In this document: piece after piece, positions 56,823 to 64,000 of the stretch
Layout of the letters: each line of letters begins with the position of its first letter
How positions within the stretch are numbered: the first letter of the stretch is position 1
Source of the DNA: Bigelowiella natans CCMP2755
Taxonomy: Eukaryota; Protista; Cercozoa
Assembly (NCBI GenBank): GCA_000320545.1
Contig: ADNK01002594.1
Coordinates: 7,264 to 71,263, forward strand
DNA length: 64,000 nucleotides
Direction: 5' to 3'
The notes under the pieces: model-generated
Seen by the model: the letters and a program-made list of their open reading frames with translations, nothing else
Told to the model about the DNA's origin: nothing
The model's database searches: none
Program-made: the position numbers and the translations under genes

Positions 56823-59036
56823 GCATTAAGACTTGACTCTGAAAACAATACCTTATGTAGAAAGGTGTTCTTTCTCCTCGATAAGCGACTGTCGTGTAAA
56901 TGGTACGGTGCAAATTGGAGCACACCTAGAAGAATTACCAGAATACAATTGATAATGTTAGATCTCATCTTTACTTCGTCCATGGTGCTGGGAAGATATT
57001 GCCAACGAGAATACGGAAGGAATGAGCTTTCTGCTATAATCAGCATCGTCGTGTTGTTGTATCAATTATTTTGTCTCCGCTACATCTTTAGACTAATGCA
57101 AAGGCACCTGGAAATTTAGGTTGCGACGGGTTGCTGTTGTGCTGAAGTAACGTCCTGTAATAAAAAGGTGAAGATACCCAAATACCAGTGTTGTCCAAAA
57201 CAACGTATAAGTAAATGATATCTAGTATGTTTGCATTCACTCACCATCGTGTATGCTACGACACATGTGCTAACGTGCGATAAATCTCTTTCTTTTTTAT
57301 TTTAAGTCGCCATCATCATCCTCCTCCTCCCCTTCTTCTTACTCTAGCTGGAAGATATCAAGTTCAAAGAGAGTGTCTTCCAATACTTCTGTATCCCTAT
57401 TTTGGAAAGATGAGGGGGGTCAGCATTAGCCTAGATAATCAGTAGCTCAACAAAGGAAACTCGTTCTTCATTCCCCCATCCCTTATCCCTACCCCATACG
57501 CCTACCTCAGGATAAAGAGAGCAACGACCGGATTTCTAATATTAAAAGAGAAAAGGAGAATAAGATTGTTTAAGAGGAGTTCATTCACCCTGGCGACGGG
57601 ATGTTTGTATTTATGAAGAGTGTTGTACACCGGCACAACAACTCAACCAATATTTCCTCTTCCCCTCCCTTCGCATGTAAAGGATGCTGCTAAATGTGGC
57701 TACTAGCTGTTCGAAAGTAAGTAGAATGAATAAATGGATGAATTTCTCACTCACTTTTCGATTTCCATCTGATCTATTGAGCTCTTTGATGACGCGCGAT
57801 GATGTCGGCGCGCGATGCTCTCGGGGGAATCGTTCCTACTTATGTGTGTACACGGAAGTATATTTGTAGAAATGATCGAGATGTAAATAAATGGTGACAT
57901 TCATTAACGCATGAATCTCCCTTTATAGTCACTTAACCCACCTCTGGGGAGCAACCGGGATATTCGAGTCCCTCTTCTCGATCAACCGGCTAAATGCCTT
58001 CAAAATCTTCTCCTAAAAATACGCAGGACACAATGTCACCATTTTGGAGAGGTACTGTTAAGAAGTAATTTTAATAAAAACTCAGAATTGGCTTTTGTTG
58101 ATGCAACTGATACCACATCCGCCCCTCCTCCAACACCAATTCTGCTGTCATCGTCGTCGTCATCATCGTCATCATTATCATTCTCGTCATCATAGGTCAT
58201 CGACCATAAATCATTACCATTGTAATGTTTTTCGGGTGGCGTCTCTTGAGTTCCCCAGCCTTCTGATAGTACCTAAGGCGCATAAAATTAGGTCGAGTAT
58301 TTTGGGAGCAAGCAAGAACAAATTTCCGTTAAATAGCTGGGGGGGAGGAGATGTTTTGAATGTAAACACAATGATAAAATTGAATACTAGTCCAAATATA
58401 TATTGAGGCAAATAGGAAGATTTTGAAGGCTCATCCCTCTCTCTTTCTCTTTCCCTTTTGCTACACTACACACCATTCTGGAGGCTTGGACTGAGAGAAG
58501 ACTATTGTGTCGGGAATACTCAACGTCTCGAGTCTAGCAAATTCTTGGGACGGAGCAGGCCCAGAACCCAAATTGCTGAATGATACGCCACATGGTCACA
58601 CACACACACACACACAAACATAATTACGTACATTCACATGGACCCCAGCACCTACATGTATTTTGCAAGACCACATAGAAAGAGAATTTTCATGCCAATA
58701 CTGAATTGGTCACCCTTGTGTGAAAGCTCTGGAAAGATCTTCTTGCAGTTTTCCTAGATTGTTCGCCAGGTAGAAATATGCGTTCCTTAACCAACAGCAA
58801 CAACAACATAAGAAACGTGTACCATACTTTGAATTTTGAAAATCAACATTAACATAAATCGTATCGCCGTTGGGTTAGAACACATACGTCAAAACAGTCT
58901 GTCGGCTCCTTTGAGAAATGCACTTCATTAGCATCTTTCCTTCAGATGCTATCTTCGAATTTGAGTAGTTCATATCCCCGTCTGCCGTCCTCCAGCGAGC
59001 ATCCACATCGCCTATGTGTTTATAACCCGTCTCCAT
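46400..59036 (-). CDS. Large uncharacterised protein: globular N-terminal region, low-complexity middle, extensive K/E/R coiled coil; many exons, boundaries approximate
   Basis: Same-strand GT-AG-bounded exons such as LSIPDTIVFSQSKPPEW, FECYFITTEQ|TLWYLYSA, VMMPPRLNHELLRRAMLAIEGEDSEAEQE, EKALEERRVRAEALKKLLKNRSKQKAQRLEQERKKK, IKFFEEERERERLEKIRIAKLQRLAAKK and AQEKAEELRMQAADAFRELGG. May be more than one gene, or continuous with the DEP gene. Confidence 0.55.
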
Positions 59037-59132
59037 CGTCTTCTCTCTACCCCACCCTGAAAAATAGTTGCAAGAGCCATTCATATTTTTAAAAATTGGG
59101 TGGGGATACAGCAATACACGCACACGCACGCG

Positions 59133-59172
<40 letters not shown>

Positions 59173-59570
59173 AACTTCTAGAAAACAGTCTTTTGATGAC
59201 ACCATTTTTTATCAACTGAATTCGCCATGTTTGAGCTTTACACAATACACCTTCGGGTCTCTGTGCAAGAGTGGGGGGTGAGAGGAGTCCCCGTAACCGT
59301 TGTTAAGGGCTTTCTTTGAGGTCGTACTCGAGAAACAATTAGTAAATTCTCCGATTTTTTCCCTTTGCGACAATAAAATTTACTTGTCTCAGTAAGAAAT
59401 TGCAAACATTTTGGCTTTCGGGATCAGTTAGTTCGGCACACATATTTCGATGTAGCAACCTACGAAATTATAGGAGCTCCGGTAATTCCCCCTGAACAAC
59501 AGGCAACAGTAACAACAACTTTCTCATCCACTGATCTTTTATTTGGAACAAATCCAATCCTGAAATGTCC

Positions 59571-59969
59571 TAGATCTATTGTTCATCATCATTTTCCTGC
59601 CTAGATCTACGGCAACTTCCTAGGACTTCTACTGATAACAAGTTGATCGACAATGATGTAACGAAGTACGAGTAGATCTAGGTCGTAGATGGGAGGAGAC
59701 AAGAACAAGTGGAACGAACGGAAGAAGACATCGATGCTGTCACACAAATTGTCTCACGATGAGACTAAATACCTGTTTAGGTCTAATAAGATCCAGATTT
59801 AAAAAAAAAGGAGCAAATCCTGGATCTATGGAAACTCGTACAAGTAAAGAAACAATGAAACAATGATGAAAAACTACATAAAGAAATAAGATGATTAAGG
59901 ATCTTATTAGTTTCCCAAGAGATGTTCATGGTGAGCGCAAATGTTCATAATTTAAAAGCGGTAGATCTA
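59571..59969. promoter_or_regulatory. Cluster of TAGATCTA palindromes and short hairpins in the divergent intergenic region
   Basis: TAGATCTA at 59571, 59602, 59673 and 59962. Function is inferred only from position between divergent starts at 59036 and 60310. Confidence 0.35.
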
Positions 59970-60309
59970 GATGACATCCATACATTATTATCGCAGAGTC
60001 AAATCGCATCCAATATTTCTTCGGCCGATTTTTTTTCATGACGTAAATTGCCAATTTCCGTCCCCGCCCTATTATTTCTGATCATAACGTCCGCAAAACG
60101 CTCACCATCAAGTTACATCAACAAATAATTGAGTTGGGAGCATTTTCGTTCGAAATCTGCATGTTCAAGTGACTACTGCCAAATTTTGTTGTCGTAGTAT
60201 TGAAAAGGATCCTATTCTTCTCAGCCGCACATTGCCGCATCACCGCAAAGCATCAAAGTTCATCCCCAACATCCCAACCATCAACAGGCGTGATATCAAA
60301 TAAACAATC

Positions 60310-61333
60310 ATGAGTGAGAGCAAGAGCAGTAAGAATTTGGATCAAGTCAGGGATGAAAGCGAGGCTATGAGTCAAGAGGTAAAATGTACGAGTGAGAACA
60401 AGAGCAGTGGGAATGAGGATGAAAGCAACGCTGGAACCCTAGCTCCTATGGACGAAGAGATAAAAGGGACTTGGTTCGGAAGAGAAGTTGGAGAATATAC
60501 GCTGACTGAAAGGTTTTTATCATAATCGCAGTCTCTAGAATCGCAGCCTTAATCGAGACCAACTCGTTTTTACGTGCTTTTCTCCCCCCCCAATCCGTCT
60601 CGCAGGATCGGTAGTGGCGCTAATGGGATTGTGTTTTTGGCTACAAGGAATGGGGAAGTGTAAGAATTATGTTCATATTATCTTCACAAGCTTGATGTTC
60701 ACAAAAGATGACCATCACATTAGAACAGAAAAAATGCGGAAACCAAATCAGAGAGAAGAAATCAGAAAGCAGCGATCGCTAATGTGACAACAGCCTGAAT
60801 CAATAATCTGCCCTTATAGGGTAGCTGTAAAGATACAAAAGAACTTCGAAGGAAAAGAGCTCAGAGAATCGCAGCTTGACGAAAAAGAAGGGTACTTTCT
60901 TAATAGTGAACATCCACTTTATTAGCACACCCAACTTTAAAAAAAAAAAAAACTAATCAGACCAGAGCTGGAATTGATGGTTATGGAAGATTTGAAGGAA
61001 TGCCCTCACACAGTAATGTACCCGAAGAGAGAGACATGTTCTTGTAAAAAGAAATTCTTCACAACAATTAATCAAAACAGGTAAACGTTAGAGACAGAGT
61101 GTTATACCGCAAGTACTTGCACAGAGATGGCACCGAGCCATCTGAGGTGAGAAACAATAAGATCAAACATAATCTTCTCCTGATGCTTAAACGTCGACGT
61201 TGTATAACAGTCAGCAATCTTCCCTTCTCCCGCCTCAACATTTTATGTAGACTTCTGCGATTGTAATGGATTATTGCAGCAGAGGAATGCTTTTTCGTTA
61301 TCTACGTCAATTTAAAAATGAGAGGATTGGGTG

Positions 61334-61367
<34 letters not shown>

Positions 61368-62994
61368 ACTACTACAACTTTGCCATCTGCTCCTCAAGTG
61401 TTTTCTATATTCCACTTCTGCTCCACCACTTTTTTTTTGATTTATCATATAAGCTTTACTTCCCTTCTTTCTACTTCACCTTGTCTACATTTTAGGCTTG
61501 TTCAGTTTTACTTTAAACAGCTTGTCACAGCCCTCGAAGCTATGGAGGAAAAAAAAATCATTCATCGGTAACACGTAAGCTTAAAATATTGCGAAAATGT
61601 CATATATTGGAAATGGGTTCGTAGGTAGAAAAAAATCATCGATCAGATTTATGCATCACCATTGCGTTTTATGAAGCATTTCTTATCTTAGTGGATGCAA
61701 ATAAATGCATCATATATCCAACATACATAAATTCAGGTTTATTATAAACAGAAACAACTCTTCACTCTCTCTCTCGTTCGAAATCTATGGGATTCCATAT
61801 CCCTGACTGATATGTCACATATTTCAGCGATCTGAAGCCAGGAAACATAATGATAGCAGAAAATGGAGAACTCAAAGTCATTGATTTTGGGTAGGTAGCA
61901 GCACTACTATTTCTTTCTTCCGATGTATAGGAGAAGTAGCGCAGAGTTTTTTTAGAATTGTCTGTATCATCCATGAAAATATGTTGTCATCGTCGTCGTC
62001 GAAAAAAAGAACTGTATATTTTACCAAAAGATATGGTAAAACATTACTAATACGATATATGTAGCCGTTAATGCAAGTGCAGGGGCCGCAGTAAAATAGC
62101 GATTTAATTGTAGCCCGAGAGATGATAATCTGGCTGTTTCTGGGTTTTTACAAGTATGTAAGCATGTGGGTTCTTGACGGAAGAGGCCTCTAGAGAATTC
62201 CCTTGCCTACGACATAGAATAGTCTGCCAGTGCTTAAACTCATTGCATATGTGTTTGTGATTGAAAATATATATGTTGAAGAAATTGTGTATATGGTGAA
62301 GAAGCGAAAGGCTCCTGCGGCACTGAAGGGTCCTGTTTTCACTCACTTTGCTAGTGGAATTAGTTAAAAAACATCGGTGATAAAACATTGGTTGTGTGAA
62401 TACAAGAATGAAGAACATAAAACATGATCGCTTTCGTCCTTAGCTATTTAGCCCCAGAAATTTTAAGAGGGGCGCAATACAGCAGCAAAGTTGACATCTA
62501 CAGCGCAGGGGTTGTTGAGTTTATTTAATATTTTGTACCTTCTCATTATTCATCATTGTGATCACATTCGCTACAGCTTCTGAGAGTCTTTTCTCCTCTA
62601 CGAAAGTTGCCTATCTCCTTTAACAATTACGAGATTCTTAGCACAACCTGAACATGAAAAGATGTTACAAACCCACCCATCAGGTTATCCTTTTTGAAAT
62701 GCTATACGGTTTCAATCCAGAACTTGGCACAGAAGGAAAAAGGGTAAATCAGCTTAGCGTTAGCTTCCAAAGTTGTACTATCGTGTGAGTAAGGAAGCGC
62801 TCGTCAAAAGTAGTCGTGGATTTCTAGAATGTTCTAAATTTGTCGTATATATTGTGCAGGATTTCTGGGAGAGAAGCACGCGTTATACTGGATGGTTAAT
62901 TAAAAGAGGAGTTCTGAAACGAGAATTTCCGCAACGAGAAATGGGCAGCGCTCAACAGCTGCTGACGTACCTTGATGGAAGTAATATTCGGTAA
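60310..62994 (+). CDS. Ser/Thr protein kinase; 3' end probably continues downstream of 62994
   Basis: Spliced subdomains: YTLTER|IGSGANGIVFLA (I), VAVKIQK (II), VMDYCSRGMLF (V), IIHR|DLKPGNIMI (VIb), KVIDFG (VII), GSCGTEG|YLAPEIL (VIII), KVDIYSAG|VILFEML (IX). Confidence 0.92.
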
Positions 62995-64000
62995 TGCAGA
63001 TCAATTCAAAAAAACGATTGATGCTGCATGAAACCGAACAGCACAGGAACTCACCTATAAATTTGATCTTGCGACATATCTGGCCGTGTTGTGGAGTTAA
63101 AAACAAATCTCATTTTCATTCTGAATAATTCACGATTTCGTGTCTAAATTTGAATTATTCCTATGGGAGGGGAAAGGAGAGCTGTAATGTTGTTGATAGC
63201 GACTTAATGGCGATACAGATTGCAGCACAACCACAAAAACTAAAATCTTATATTAAATATTCTTTGACATTTAGTGGTCACAATATTAATTTATTTACCG
63301 GTAAGTATTTTCGATCGTTCAGTACTCCATTTATTCTTATCTGGGAAAACGGAAGTGCGACTAAGCGAAAGGCTTGCTACAGCACAGAGTAAGTTGCATG
63401 ATAGCATTTTACAGATTACAGAAAGGAAAGAAGATCAAATATACGAACAGAATTACTGTGATAACGATGACGATAGCGATACATGTGCTCTCTCACATTA
63501 GAGAGAGGGAGGGAGAGAGAGGGGGGGGGGAGAGAATGGGGATTTTGTATTGTGTGATGTGGTCTGCTGTATGTATGCTATACATGTATAATGTATGTAT
63601 CCGAATCAAGATTTGTCTTGTTTACGCTTGTGTTTCTCCTATGTCTGTGTGATATTAGAGAGGCCGTCCGCATTCTTGAGGAAGTAAACTCTATTGGCTT
63701 GAAATTATCCACTTCGCCATCCGTCTTTATTCCTTCTTAAAGAGACCATCGCTCCTCCCTTGAATATATAACATCGACGACGACGACGACGACGACAAAT
63801 GCCACAGCAGCAGCATTCTCCCCCCCCCCCCTCTCTCTCTCTCTTTCTCTCTATTGTGAGAGACCTTATTAACCCCTCCCCTCCCTAAAGGGGATTGCAG
63901 TTTTAAAGATAGGTTGGTGATTCCCGAAAAGATAAACCCCGAACACAGCTATTAACAGCATGGGGTTGTGGTGGGCGTGGTGGGTGTGTGAAGAACTTGG

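Noticed and set aside
931-59281. Numerous ORFs with [24 protein letters not shown] or poly-M/I/S runs
   Set aside because: These are translations of intronic microsatellites.
1-64000. Alternative genetic code, or prokaryotic or viral insert
   Set aside because: Conserved genes translate cleanly with TAA/TAG/TGA as stops and all contain spliceosomal introns; no operon-like or viral hallmark genes were seen.

Overview
Eukaryotic nuclear DNA in the standard genetic code. It is gene-dense and very intron-rich, and most introns carry microsatellites or poly-G/C tracts; an algal or protist origin such as a chlorarachniophyte is plausible but cannot be shown from this window. Most entries in the ORF track are spurious or single exons, so I spliced the genes by eye and all boundaries are approximate. 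In order the genes are: cold-shock-domain protein (+), LRR-ectodomain/~11-TM membrane protein (-), EF-hand protein (+), hypothetical protein (-), bacterial-type L-lysine 6-aminotransferase (-), mitochondrial carrier (+), cytoplasmic dynein intermediate chain (-), RAD51D-like recombinase paralog (+), SGNH/GDSL hydrolase (-), RAD6/UBC2 (+), putative permuted-papain (PPPDE/LRAT-like) plus DEP protein (-), large coiled-coil protein (-), and Ser/Thr kinase (+). The best candidate for something new is the LRR protein. Its plant-RLK-type LRR ectodomain splices in frame onto a membrane domain whose topology and motifs resemble the OSCA/TMEM63-TMEM16-TMC superfamily, suggesting a receptor-gated channel or scramblase. 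Other notable points are an intronised aminotransferase of probable bacterial origin, a peptidase-like-DEP fusion, nearly strict alternation of gene orientation, and palindrome-rich spacers downstream of gene 3' ends. No rRNA, tRNA, CRISPR array or intact transposon was recognised.
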